This document shows positions 52,235 through 62,556 of a stretch of 64,000 nt of DNA, piece by piece. Within the stretch, counting starts at the first letter, position 1. Each line of letters opens with the position of its first letter. The notes under the pieces are model-generated. The model was given only the letters and a program-made list of their open reading frames with translations. It was not told the DNA's origin and made no database searches. The position numbers were made by a program, and so were the translations under genes. The DNA is from Bacteroidota bacterium. Its GTDB lineage: Bacteria; Bacteroidota; Bacteroidia; Bacteroidales; ML635J-15. Location: the NCBI GenBank assembly GCA_029564465.1, contig JAKQPY010000062.1, forward strand, positions 4,230 to 68,229, given 5' to 3'.

Positions 52235-52747
52235 ATGAAACGTTCATTAATAATTATCTCGCTGATGCTTTTTGCAACAGCAACATGGGCACAAAAATAC
52301 GCCTACGTCGACACTGAGTACATTCTCAACAATATTCCACTGTACGAATCAGCTCAGCAACAACTCAATGAGATGTCGGAGGATTGGAAGGCCGAAGTTG
52401 ATGCAATGCAAACCCAGGTTGATAAAATGTATAAAGACTTTCAGGCTGAAAAAGTCCTTCTTACCGATGAATTGCGTAATAAACGAGAACAGGAAATTCT
52501 TGCAAAAGAACGTGAGATGCGTGATTTACAGAAGAAATATTTCGGTCGCGATGGTTTACTGTTTAAAAAAAGACAGGAGTTGGTGAAGCCAATTCAGGAT
52601 GATATTTACAATGCGGTTAAAGAAATTGCCGTCGAAGGAAGTTATGCGGTAATATTTGATACTGCCAACAGTATGAACATGCTCTATACCGATCCAAAAT
52701 ACGACAAAAGCGATGAAGTTCTGAAAAAATTGGGTTATAAAAATTAA
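52235..52747 (+). CDS. skp: OmpH/Skp periplasmic chaperone
   Basis: AQKYAYVDTEYIL, coiled coil, KPIQD, YDKSDEVLKKLG; TAATTTTG at 52170. Confidence 0.92.
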   Translation: MKRSLIIISLMLFATATWAQKYAYVDTEYILNNIPLYESAQQQLNEMSEDWKAEVDAMQTQVDKMYKDFQAEKVLLTDELRNKREQEILAKEREMRDLQKKYFGRDGLLFKKRQELVKPIQDDIYNAVKEIAVEGSYAVIFDTANSMNMLYTDPKYDKSDEVLKKLGYKN

Positions 52748-52779
52748 TAATTATATTTGCTCACTAAATAATACTTACT

Positions 52780-53280
52780 ATGAAAAAACTTATTCTGATA
52801 TCGTTGGCACTGATTCTGGTAACACCGATATTTTCGCAAAAAACCAAATATGGGCATGTAAATACAGCGACCTTGTTCGAAGCTATGCCGGAACGTGCTG
52901 AAGCAAAAACAGCCCTGGAGCAATATGCAAAAGAACTCGAAGACCAGTTACAGGTGATGTATCAGGAATATGAGAAAAAAATGAACGACTACAAAGCCGG
53001 AGCCGAAACTATGTCGCCGGCAATTAAGCAAAACAAAGAGAAGGAATTGAAAGACCTCGAATCGAGAATTCAAACTTTTCAATACAATGCCCAGACCGAT
53101 TTGCAAAACAAAGAACAGGAATTACTGGAACCCATCTATACAAAAATTAAGGACGCCATAAAATTGGTGGGTGACGAAAATGCCTTCATGTATATTTACG
53201 ATGTTAGCACCCTGCTTTATTATTCTGACCAAAGTATTGATGTAACCGATTTGGTAAAAGCCAAGCTGAAAATTAAATAG
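52780..53280 (+). CDS. skp: OmpH/Skp periplasmic chaperone (second copy)
   Basis: KYGHVN..MPE, LLEPI, DVTDLVKAKL; TATATTTG at 52752. Confidence 0.9.
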   Translation: MKKLILISLALILVTPIFSQKTKYGHVNTATLFEAMPERAEAKTALEQYAKELEDQLQVMYQEYEKKMNDYKAGAETMSPAIKQNKEKELKDLESRIQTFQYNAQTDLQNKEQELLEPIYTKIKDAIKLVGDENAFMYIYDVSTLLYYSDQSIDVTDLVKAKLKIK

Positions 53281-53299
53281 TCCTGATAAAACCAAAAGC

Positions 53300-53326
53300 A
53301 GACCATCAAAATGATGGTCTTTTTTT
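53300..53326 (+). terminator. Intrinsic terminator after skp pair
   Basis: AGACCATCA-AAA-TGATGGTCT followed by TTTTTT. Confidence 0.75.
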
Positions 53327-53329
53327 CGC

Positions 53330-54145
53330 ATGAATGCAAAGCAACCCATAGGAGTTTTCGATTCCGGTATTGGTGGCCTGACAATACTGAAATCGCTCAT
53401 CGATAGTATGCCATTCGAAAGCTACATCTACCTTGGCGACAGTTTACATGCACCTTATGGAGAAAAACCCACCGAAGAAATTATTGCACTGAGTAATACT
53501 TGTGTAAAATACCTGATTGACCATGGGTGTAAAATAATTGTAGTTGCCTGCAATACTGCAACCGGAGCAGCCATTAACCAACTCAGGCAACGCTATCCGG
53601 CAATAGCCTTTATCGGATTAGAACCCGCAATTAAACCGGCATGTCTTGCCACAAAAACCGGTAATATCGGTGTATTGGCTACCGAAGGCACGTTTAAGGG
53701 TTCGCATTTTAAAACGACCAGCGAAAAATACAATGCCTATGTAAACATACATACCCAGATTGGCTATGGACTGGTTGATCTCGCTGAATCGAATCAGATT
53801 GAAACTATCCAAACCAGGGTTTTATTAAAAAGCTATATTGACCCACTTATCGAAAAAAATATAGACCAGTTGGTACTGGGATGTACCCATTATCCTTTTT
53901 TTCACCACATAATTTCGGAATTGTGCGGCCAGGAAATACGCATTCTTGATTCGGGAGATGCGGTTGCACGCAGGACAAAAGACGTACTGATGACAAACGG
54001 GTTATTAAATACGGATCGCAACATCGGGGATTGCCTGATTTTGACCAGTGGAAGCCTTGATTCCATAAAAACAACCTGGTACAACCACCGTGGAAATATT
54101 GACGGCAGCTACCGTTTTGAACAGGTTAAGCTTCAATATGTATAA
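53330..54145 (+). CDS. murI: Glutamate racemase
   Basis: FDSGIGGL, VACNTA, LGCTHYP. Confidence 0.97.
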   Translation: MNAKQPIGVFDSGIGGLTILKSLIDSMPFESYIYLGDSLHAPYGEKPTEEIIALSNTCVKYLIDHGCKIIVVACNTATGAAINQLRQRYPAIAFIGLEPAIKPACLATKTGNIGVLATEGTFKGSHFKTTSEKYNAYVNIHTQIGYGLVDLAESNQIETIQTRVLLKSYIDPLIEKNIDQLVLGCTHYPFFHHIISELCGQEIRILDSGDAVARRTKDVLMTNGLLNTDRNIGDCLILTSGSLDSIKTTWYNHRGNIDGSYRFEQVKLQYV

Positions 54146-54198
54146 AATGGAAAACCTGAAACGATTTATTTCGTAAAGTCTTACGTAATATTTTTTTT

Positions 54199-54900
54199 AT
54201 GAATTGTGTTATTATTGACGACGACAACCTATCGAGAAGCCTCATAGAATCTTACATCGAAAAGACCAATACACTCCGGCTCGGCGGCTCATTCTCGAAT
54301 CCTGTTGAAGCATTGCAATCGATTAGTTCCGACCAAAGTATCGATTTGTTATTTCTCGACATTATGATGCCCGAGATGAATGGTATTCAGATTCTCGACA
54401 AGTTAAACGGCCGAAAACAGGTAATCGTAATTTCTGGAAAAAAAGAATTTGCACTCGAAACCTTTAGCTATAATGTTACTGACTATCTGCTGAAACCAAT
54501 AAGCTATGAGCGTTTTTTCAAGGCGGTTGAGAAAGCATACGAAAGAAATCGGGAGGCACAAGTGGCAAAGAACAGCGAGGACTTTTTGGTAAAAAAGGGC
54601 ATGTCGTATTGCAAGGTAAAGCACACTGATATCATTGCCGTAGAAGCGGCCGAAGAGATTTCATATATTTATACTGCCGATGACCGGCATAAGGTAATGG
54701 GTTGCATCGACGATATTGCTTCGTTTTTGCCCCCCGGCTTGTTTTGCAGGCCCCACGAAACGTATCTGGTTAATCTGAAGAAAATTAAAAACTACAACAC
54801 AGAATTCATCGAAATTGAATTCTTAAATTCCATGAAAAGCATACCTTTGTCGCTGATGACTTTGCCTGTACTGATAGAAAAAATCGGGATGGCAGGATAA
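54199..54900 (+). CDS. LytR/AlgR family response regulator (orphan, divergent LytTR domain)
   Basis: IIDDD, LFLDIMMP, DYLLKP receiver; FCRPHETYLVN resembles LytTR F.R.HRSY.VN. Confidence 0.85.
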   Translation: MNCVIIDDDNLSRSLIESYIEKTNTLRLGGSFSNPVEALQSISSDQSIDLLFLDIMMPEMNGIQILDKLNGRKQVIVISGKKEFALETFSYNVTDYLLKPISYERFFKAVEKAYERNREAQVAKNSEDFLVKKGMSYCKVKHTDIIAVEAAEEISYIYTADDRHKVMGCIDDIASFLPPGLFCRPHETYLVNLKKIKNYNTEFIEIEFLNSMKSIPLSLMTLPVLIEKIGMAG

Positions 54901-54910
54901 TAATCAGTGT

Positions 54911-56098
54911 ATGGCCTCCAGCAGAGAACTTTTTCTTACATATTTAGGACAAACATCGCCGGCACCCATGCTGCTCGAAATTGAATCGGCATCAGGGGTG
55001 TTCCTTACCGATATTTCCGGAAGGAAATACTTCGATTTAATTTCGGGGGTTTCGGTTAGCAATACGGGGCATAATAATCCCCAAATTATTGACGCTGTAA
55101 AAAGCCAGGCAGAAAAACACATGCACCTGATGGTATATGGGGAATTTATTCAGGCGCCACAGGTTAATCTTGCAAACAAGCTATGTTCCCTCCTACCCGA
55201 CCCTCTCAACTCGGTCTATTATGTGAATTCGGGTAGCGAAGCCATCGAAGGTGCCGTTAAGCTGGCCAGGAGGCACACCCGCCGACACCAAACCATCAGC
55301 TTTCGTAATGCATACCACGGAAGCACTGCCGGAGCATTATCGTTATGCGGCAACGAAGATTTCAAAAACTCATTCAGGCCCTTAACTCCCGGGGGATACA
55401 TCGCCGAAATGAATCAGGATGCATCAATAGAAGCCATCAGCGAAAAAACAGCCTGTGTGGTTATTGAGCCTGTTCAGGCTGAGGCCGGAATTGTTATTCC
55501 CAACACAGAATTCATGAAAACCTTGCGGCACCGCTGCAATCAAACCGGAACGCTTCTGATTTTCGATGAGATTCAAACGGGTTTCGGACGTACCGGAAAA
55601 CTGTTTGCTATGGAGCATTTTAATGTTGTACCTGATATCGTTTGTTTTGCAAAAGCCTTTGGAGGAGGTATGCCCCTGGGCGCATTTGTTGCGAACCGAT
55701 TGGTGATGAACAGCTTTATGACCGACCCGGTGCTGGGTCATATAACTACATTCGGAGGGCATCCCGTGAGTTGCGCTGCTGCAATGGCATCGCTCAACAT
55801 AGTGGTTTCGGAAAAACTCGCTGACCGTGCAGCAAAAACAGAAATTCTTTTCAGGGAATTATTAATCCATCCTTCGATAAAAGAAATACGTGGTTTGGGA
55901 TTGCTATTGGCCGTAGAACTGGGTTCTTCTGAAAAAGTGCAGCAATTTATCCGTAAAGGCCTTGAAAATGGTATTGTAAGCGACTGGTTCATATTTCATG
56001 ATACCGCTTTTCGCATTGCCCCGCCACTGAATATTTCTGATGATGAAGTGCATATTGCGTGCAGGCTGGTTTTAAAAACCCTCGACGATATCAGCTAA
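54911..56098 (+). CDS. Class III PLP aminotransferase (ArgD/ornithine aminotransferase-like)
   Basis: NSGSEAIE, YHG, IEPVQAEAG, FDEIQTGFGRTG, AKAFGGG, HITTFGG. Confidence 0.9.
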   Translation: MASSRELFLTYLGQTSPAPMLLEIESASGVFLTDISGRKYFDLISGVSVSNTGHNNPQIIDAVKSQAEKHMHLMVYGEFIQAPQVNLANKLCSLLPDPLNSVYYVNSGSEAIEGAVKLARRHTRRHQTISFRNAYHGSTAGALSLCGNEDFKNSFRPLTPGGYIAEMNQDASIEAISEKTACVVIEPVQAEAGIVIPNTEFMKTLRHRCNQTGTLLIFDEIQTGFGRTGKLFAMEHFNVVPDIVCFAKAFGGGMPLGAFVANRLVMNSFMTDPVLGHITTFGGHPVSCAAAMASLNIVVSEKLADRAAKTEILFRELLIHPSIKEIRGLGLLLAVELGSSEKVQQFIRKGLENGIVSDWFIFHDTAFRIAPPLNISDDEVHIACRLVLKTLDDIS

Positions 56099-56104
56099 GG
56101 TCGA

Positions 56105-56620
56105 TTATTTTCTAAGTAACAACATTAAATCTTCGGGCTTCAATCCAAATGCTTCAACAGTGTGGTGCGCCTGCATGTAAAACATCTCTCGCTTACTGAG
56201 CATTTTGTCAATGTAAGCTTCTAAATCTCTTTCTGATACATCATTTAACAATGGCCTTTGGACACCCGAAACCGCAAGGCGGCTAGCCAGTGCTGCGGTT
56301 GTCATTTTCAGGTAGACACTTGTTCCAAAATTATTCATCAGGCTGATATTATCGAAAAAACATGGTGTTCCTCCGCCGGTTGCTACTACCTGATATTTTT
56401 GGGTAACAATTGCTTTTAGTATTTCTCGCTCCTGAATCCGGAATTCTTCCTCACCCTGAGCAATAATGAAATCAGCGACTGAAATTCCTGATTTTTTGGT
56501 AAATGCCACATCCATATCAACACAATGATATCCGATACGGGAAGCCATTTTTTTTGCCATGGTAGTTTTACCACAGCCCATAAAACCAATCAGAAAAATG
56601 TTTTCGGGATAACTATTCAA
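56105..56620 (-). CDS. aroK: Shikimate kinase
   Basis: GFMGCGKT, GEEEFR, ATGGGTPC, RPLL; TTG start overlapping parC stop. Confidence 0.93.
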   Translation of the reverse strand: MNSYPENIFLIGFMGCGKTTMAKKMASRIGYHCVDMDVAFTKKSGISVADFIIAQGEEEFRIQEREILKAIVTQKYQVVATGGGTPCFFDNISLMNNFGTSVYLKMTTAALASRLAVSGVQRPLLNDVSERDLEAYIDKMLSKREMFYMQAHHTVEAFGLKPEDLMLLLRK

Positions 56621-59363
56621 AATCGAGACTCATTTGTTTCGGGTCAACCGGAGGGCTTTGCTTGTCGATAATCTCTGCTTTGATTTTCGAAGTTTTTACA
56701 GTAACAGTCGGTCTTTCGGGCTCCTGATCAGTGATAGCCTGTTCAACGGTAACTTCATTAGAATCAATATCATTTTCTTCACCGGAGCTATCGGCTTCTT
56801 CGGTTTCGTCGTCACCATTATCGGGAAATTCTTTCTGTAGTGGTTCGGTGAATGCTGCTTTTTCGATTTCGAAGGTCGAAAGTCGTTTACCTTTTGCCTT
56901 GATACCTTTCACCGCAATAAACTCTTCAGCATCGATGATTTCCCCGGGACGCTCGGCATGCTTTCCGGTAAACGTCAGAGACACCTGCGGGAACATGTCA
57001 TCGTTGAGCATAACCAGACGTGAGCCCTCATCTTCGGGAAGAAAACTCGTTTCCTTCGAAGTCTCGTCGAAAACAAACCTTTTCAAATAATAAAAACCTT
57101 GTGCAGCATCAAAATATATGGCGGACCAAACCTTTGATGCATCATATTTTTCGACCACAATCATAGATTCGTCGTAATGGTTCGACAGGTCGAAATTCGA
57201 CAGATAATAGCTGCCTTTTTTGCTTACGCACAAAATTTTATCGTCACCCTCAAACTCACCGAGATACTTGCCTCTGCCATCGGCGTTGAGGCGCAGCACT
57301 TCGTCGTCGAACCAGATTTTACGTCCGCCCAGTGTTGAAACACCTTCTTCTTTGAGGGTAATTTTAAAAATATCGTTTTTGCTGATAATATTACCCATCG
57401 AACTACGGCCTTTGATGGCAATGTCCTTGAAATCAGCTTCGAATACCAGCTTTCGCAACTTGGGTTTTGGTTTAAGGTTTACCTTAATAACTTCAGCTTC
57501 ACCGTTGGGGTTAGCAGTAAAATAAACGATTTTTGAACCTGCCTCACCCTTGGTTACATCATATTCTTTGTCGCGGTTTATTCCGGTAACGGCAAAGCGT
57601 TTTATGAAATAGCTCCCAAACCGGCCGTCGCGATATACGACATTATATATGGTTCGGGTATCGTTGCGCTTGAAAACATCGATGTGAATAATATCCTTGC
57701 CAAAAAAAGCCTTTTCGCTGACTTTCGAAATAATATATTTTCCGTCGCGTCTGAAAACAATAATATCGTCGATGTCGGAGCACTCGCAAACAAACTCTTC
57801 TTTTTTAAGTCCTGTTCCTGCAAAGCCTTCCTTCCGTTCGACATAGAGTTTTTCGTTGGCAACAGCTACGTTCGAGGTATCGATGGTGTCGAAATTACGG
57901 ATTTCGGTTTTCCTCTCACGTCCTTTACCATATTTGGCTTTTATGTGGGTATAATAGTTTATGGCATAAACGGTGAGGTGCTCGAGATTATAAACCACTT
58001 CCTGAATTTGTCCTTCGATTGCATGCATTTCTTCGTCGGCTTTTTCGGCGTTATAGCGAATGATGCGCTTCATTTTGATTTCAAGCAACTTCAGCAGGTC
58101 GTCATTGGTTATTTCCCGTTTCAGGTTTTTCAGTGTCAGGCTTGCTTTTTCACCGATAAAAGCAACAGCCTCGTCGTTGGTCATTGCATTTTCGTAAGCC
58201 TTATCCTTGTAAATTCGTTTTTCGATAAACCAACGTTCGAGCGACATGTAATGCCACTGTTCCTCAAGTTCACGTTTACGGATCAGCAACTCCTGTTTGA
58301 GCAATTCCACAGTATTATAGACCGATGCCTGCAACATATCGCTTACACCCATAAAACGCGGTTTATCTTCTTCGATAACGCACGAATTGGGCGAAATAGA
58401 AACTTCGCACTTGGTAAAAGCATACAGGGCATCAATGGTTTTATCGCTCGAAACCCCGGGCGGCAGGTGAATCAGAATTTCTACAACAGAGGCTGTATTG
58501 TCATCAATTTTTTTGACTTTAATTTTCTCTTTATCGTTGGCCTGAATAATGCTTTCGATTAGGGTGGTTGTGTTCTCGCCAAACGGGATATCGGTGATTA
58601 CCAGTGTTTTTTTGTCGAGTTTTTCGATGCGTGCCCTCACCCTCACTTTACCTCCTCTCAACCCGTCGTTATACTTCGAAACATCGATTTGTCCTCCTGT
58701 AATAAAGTCGGGAAACAGTTCGAACGGTTCATTTTTAAGGGTAGCAATGCATGCGTCAATCAATTCATTGAAGTTGTGGGGCAATATTTTTGATGCAAGG
58801 CCTACGGCAATACCTTCGACACCCTGTGCCAGCAACAGCGGGAACTTCACCGGAAGGGTAATCGGCTCTTTATTCCTGCCATCGTACGACGACTTCCAGA
58901 AAGTAGTTTTTGGATTAAACACCACTTCGAGGGCAAACTTCGAAAGTCGCGCCTCGATATATCGGGGAGCAGCAGCCGAGTCGCCGGTGTAAATATTACC
59001 CCAGTTACCCTGCATGTCAATCAGCAGGTCTTTCTGACCCAACTGCACCAGTGCATCTCCAATGGAAGCGTCGCCATGTGGATGGTACTTCATAGTGTGC
59101 CCGATGATGTTGGCCACTTTGTTATAGCGTCCGTCGTCGAGTTCCTTCATGGCATGAAGTATGCGCCGTTGAACAGGTTTCAGGCCATCGTAAACATGGG
59201 GCACGGCCCTTTCGAGAATTACGTAGGAAGCATAATCGAGAAACCAGTCCTGATACATTCCCGTAAGGTGAGTAAGATGTATTTCGGGAGCATGAACCTC
59301 TTCGGGATTTTCTCCGTTCAGCGGGCTGCTATCAAATTCCTCAACAGGGTCGGTGGTACTCAT
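56613..59363 (-). CDS. parC: DNA topoisomerase IV subunit A (Bacteroidota type)
   Basis: YASYVILERA, DGLKPVQRR, YHPHGDAS, AAPRYIEAR. Confidence 0.93.
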   Translation of the reverse strand: MSTTDPVEEFDSSPLNGENPEEVHAPEIHLTHLTGMYQDWFLDYASYVILERAVPHVYDGLKPVQRRILHAMKELDDGRYNKVANIIGHTMKYHPHGDASIGDALVQLGQKDLLIDMQGNWGNIYTGDSAAAPRYIEARLSKFALEVVFNPKTTFWKSSYDGRNKEPITLPVKFPLLLAQGVEGIAVGLASKILPHNFNELIDACIATLKNEPFELFPDFITGGQIDVSKYNDGLRGGKVRVRARIEKLDKKTLVITDIPFGENTTTLIESIIQANDKEKIKVKKIDDNTASVVEILIHLPPGVSSDKTIDALYAFTKCEVSISPNSCVIEEDKPRFMGVSDMLQASVYNTVELLKQELLIRKRELEEQWHYMSLERWFIEKRIYKDKAYENAMTNDEAVAFIGEKASLTLKNLKREITNDDLLKLLEIKMKRIIRYNAEKADEEMHAIEGQIQEVVYNLEHLTVYAINYYTHIKAKYGKGRERKTEIRNFDTIDTSNVAVANEKLYVERKEGFAGTGLKKEEFVCECSDIDDIIVFRRDGKYIISKVSEKAFFGKDIIHIDVFKRNDTRTIYNVVYRDGRFGSYFIKRFAVTGINRDKEYDVTKGEAGSKIVYFTANPNGEAEVIKVNLKPKPKLRKLVFEADFKDIAIKGRSSMGNIISKNDIFKITLKEEGVSTLGGRKIWFDDEVLRLNADGRGKYLGEFEGDDKILCVSKKGSYYLSNFDLSNHYDESMIVVEKYDASKVWSAIYFDAAQGFYYLKRFVFDETSKETSFLPEDEGSRLVMLNDDMFPQVSLTFTGKHAERPGEIIDAEEFIAVKGIKAKGKRLSTFEIEKAAFTEPLQKEFPDNGDDETEEADSSGEENDIDSNEVTVEQAITDQEPERPTVTVKTSKIKAEIIDKQSPPVDPKQMSLDFE

Positions 59364-59396
59364 ATCCGGTAATACTCCCTAAATTAATAATCACTA

Positions 59397-61235
59397 TCAG
59401 GCGTTCACTGCGTCTTCTTCAATTCTCAGGTTCTCGATAATAAAATTCTGCCGTTCGTAGGTATTCTTGCCCATATAAAACTCAAGCAGGTCGCTGATGG
59501 CATCGGCTTTGGTAAGGCTAACCGGGTCGAGTCGCATATTTTTATCGATAAATCGTTTAAACTCATCAGGTGAAATCTCTCCAAGCCCTTTAAACCGGGT
59601 TATTTCGGGATTTCCTTTTAGTTTGGCTATGGCATCCTGCTTTTCTTTTTCGTCGTAGCAATACAATGTTTCTTGTTTGTTGCGAACCCTGAATAGGGGT
59701 GTTTGCAGAATAAACAGGTGCCCGTTGCGAATTAACTCAGGGAAGAACTGCAGGAAAAAAGTAATGAGCAGGAGGCGGATGTGCATACCATCGACATCGG
59801 CATCGGTAGCGATAACCACATTGCGATAGCGCAGGTTTTCGATACCTTCCTCAATATTAAGGGCTGCCTGCAGAAGGTTAAATTCCTCGTTTTCGTACAC
59901 TACCTTCTTGTTCATACCATAGGTGTTGAGGGGTTTTCCCCTGAGGCTGAACACCGCCTGTGTGTTCACATCGCGCGATTTGGTGATGGAACCGCTTGCC
60001 GAATCACCCTCGGTAATAAAAATGGTGGTTTCCGAACTTTTCTCGTCATCGGAATTATAATGAACACGGCAGTCTCGTAATTTTTTATTGTGTAAACTCA
60101 CTTTTTTAGCCCGCTCACGCGATATTTTTTTAATATCGGCAATGGCTTTGCGGTCTTTTTCGGAAGCCAGAATTTTCCTAAGAATCGCATCGGCGGTTTC
60201 GGGATTCTTGTGAAGAAAATTATCAAGCTGGTTTTTGATAAAATCACCGACAAATTTTGTAATACTGGTACCATTGGGCTCCATATCTCGCGAGCCGAGT
60301 TTGGTTTTGGTCTGCGACTCAAACACCGGTTCAACCACACGAATACTGATGGCTGCAATAATTGACTGCCTTATGTCGGCATTATCGAAGTCCTTACGGT
60401 AAAATTCCTTTATCGTTTTTACATAAGCCTCACGGAAAGCAGACAGGTGGGTTCCGCCCTGGGTTGTATGCTGACCGTTCACAAAGGTGAAATATTCTTC
60501 GTTATACTGGTTCGAATGGGTAAAGGCAATCTCGATATCGTCGGCTTTGAAATGAATTATCGGATAAAGCACATCGCTGTTGATGTTATCGTTGAGCAGG
60601 TCGAGCAAACCATTTTTCGACCAGAAGCGTTGTCCGTTGAGGTAAATCGAAAGTCCGGTATTGAGGAAGGCATAATTTTTCAGCATGTTCTCGATAACAT
60701 CGAGGCGGTACCGGTATCCCGAAAACAGTTCCTCATCGGGAGTAAAAACCACATGAGTACCATTGGCTTCATCGGTTTTTTCGATGGGAAAATCCTGTTG
60801 CAGAACTCCCTTTGCAAATTCGGCTGTTTTCTTTTCGCCATCGCGAAATGCGCTAACCGTAAAATTTGATGATAATGCGTTTACGGCTTTAACGCCGACA
60901 CCATTGAGGCCTACCGATTTTTTGAACACCTTGGAATCGTATTTTGCCCCGGTATTCATTTTTGCTACCGCGTCGAGCAATTTGCCCAGTGGAATTCCCC
61001 GCCCGAAGTCGCGCACCGAAACCGACGAATCGCTGATTTGGAGTTCAATTTTCGAACCGAAGCCCATGGCAAATTCATCAATCGAATTATCGATAACCTC
61101 CTTGAGAAGAACATAAATACCATCGTCTCGCGAAGTACCATCGCCCAGCTTGCCAATATACATACCGGGGCGGCGGCGAATATGTTCGCTCCACTCCAGC
61201 GTTTTTATGGATTCTTCAGAATAATTGGCGACCAT
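59397..61235 (-). CDS. parE: DNA topoisomerase IV subunit B
   Basis: [44 protein letters not shown]; TAATTTTG at 61262-61269. Confidence 0.94.
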   Translation of the reverse strand: MVANYSEESIKTLEWSEHIRRRPGMYIGKLGDGTSRDDGIYVLLKEVIDNSIDEFAMGFGSKIELQISDSSVSVRDFGRGIPLGKLLDAVAKMNTGAKYDSKVFKKSVGLNGVGVKAVNALSSNFTVSAFRDGEKKTAEFAKGVLQQDFPIEKTDEANGTHVVFTPDEELFSGYRYRLDVIENMLKNYAFLNTGLSIYLNGQRFWSKNGLLDLLNDNINSDVLYPIIHFKADDIEIAFTHSNQYNEEYFTFVNGQHTTQGGTHLSAFREAYVKTIKEFYRKDFDNADIRQSIIAAISIRVVEPVFESQTKTKLGSRDMEPNGTSITKFVGDFIKNQLDNFLHKNPETADAILRKILASEKDRKAIADIKKISRERAKKVSLHNKKLRDCRVHYNSDDEKSSETTIFITEGDSASGSITKSRDVNTQAVFSLRGKPLNTYGMNKKVVYENEEFNLLQAALNIEEGIENLRYRNVVIATDADVDGMHIRLLLITFFLQFFPELIRNGHLFILQTPLFRVRNKQETLYCYDEKEKQDAIAKLKGNPEITRFKGLGEISPDEFKRFIDKNMRLDPVSLTKADAISDLLEFYMGKNTYERQNFIIENLRIEEDAVNA

Positions 61236-61385
61236 TAAATACAGATTTATTCACTCGACGCCAAAATTAAATATTTTAAATCGCATACATTGCGCTGCAA
61301 CGAATAGATATTAACAAAATGACGTTGATAATCTCCTGTGACTATTTATTCAATAAATTGGGATGACGACTTAGAATGGCTGCAT

Positions 61386-62111
61386 TTATCGCCTTAGTTC
61401 AAAATTCTGCCCCAGATACACTTTTCGCACCTGTTCATCCTCCGAAAGTTCTTCGGCGGTACCCGACTTAAGAATACTCCCCTCGAAAAGCAGATAGGCT
61501 CTGTCGGTAATGGAGAGTGTTTCCTGCACGTTGTGGTCGGTGATGAGTACACCGATATTTCGTTTTTTCAGATGCATCACAATTTGTTGAATATCTTCCA
61601 CAGCAATGGGGTCAACACCGGCAAAAGGTTCATCGAGTAAAATAAACTTCGGGTCGATGGCCAAAGCCCGGGCAATTTCGGTACGTCGCCTTTCTCCACC
61701 CGAAAGCTGATATCCTTTACTTTTTTTGATTTTATTGAGCCCAAACTCGTTAAGCAGTCTCACGGCTTTCTCCTTTTGGTCACGTTTCGTGAGTTTGCTC
61801 ATTTCGAGAACCGATAAAATGTTGTCTTCGACACTCATTTTACGAAAAACCGAAGCTTCCTGAGCCAGATAGCCCAAACCGAGACGAGCCCTCTTGTAGA
61901 CCGGTTCACGGGTTATATCGCGGTCATCAACAAAAATTTTTCCGCCATAGGGCTTAATCAAACCAACAATCATATAAAAGGTAGTGGTTTTACCTGCACC
62001 GTTTGGCCCGAGCAAACCCACAATTTCGCCCTGCTCCACTTCAACCGAAACATCTTTCACTACCATGCGCTTGCCATACTTCTTAAACAGATTTTCGGTA
62101 TAAAGTTTCAT
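61386..62111 (-). CDS. lptB: LPS export ABC transporter ATP-binding protein
   Basis: [43 protein letters not shown]; TATCTTTG at 62131-62138. Confidence 0.96.
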   Translation of the reverse strand: MKLYTENLFKKYGKRMVVKDVSVEVEQGEIVGLLGPNGAGKTTTFYMIVGLIKPYGGKIFVDDRDITREPVYKRARLGLGYLAQEASVFRKMSVEDNILSVLEMSKLTKRDQKEKAVRLLNEFGLNKIKKSKGYQLSGGERRRTEIARALAIDPKFILLDEPFAGVDPIAVEDIQQIVMHLKKRNIGVLITDHNVQETLSITDRAYLLFEGSILKSGTAEELSEDEQVRKVYLGQNFELRR

Positions 62112-62556
62112 ACTGTCGGTTTTGTTGCTGCAAAGATAAATATAATGGAATACAATACACCCAATGAAAATGTTTTACCAAAACAAGAAAGCATGTATTT
62201 CTATCAAAAATCTATTGAGACATATCTTCATTCAATTTTCTTACGAGGCAAAATGTTTCAAAATTCCGGTCTTACGATTTTCCCGCATTCGTTTGCAATA
62301 ATTTCAGCAATTCTATAATTGAACAATTATGAAAGCTAAACCGATATTCCGAATTACACAGCACATCTGAATCGTGTATTTTGCTACATTTATTTAATAA
62401 TTCATTTATTTGTTAAAAATAAACTATAAATTAGCAAGGTTTTGCACAAAGGAAATCGTACTTACATTATTCGTTGATAAATTAGAAATGATCATTAGAC
62501 AAGTTTGAATTCTAACATCTGCACAACAAAATAATTAGTATTAAAAATTATCAGTT

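Noticed and set aside
61300-62480. CGTTGATAA at 61323 and 62472 as DnaA boxes or an origin
   Set aside because: Two mismatches to TTATCCACA, not clustered, and the same 9-mer also occurs inside rpoB
62112-62556. Riboswitch or ncRNA in the long AT-rich intergenic region
   Set aside because: No recognisable aptamer core or strong stems by eye; an Rfam search would be needed
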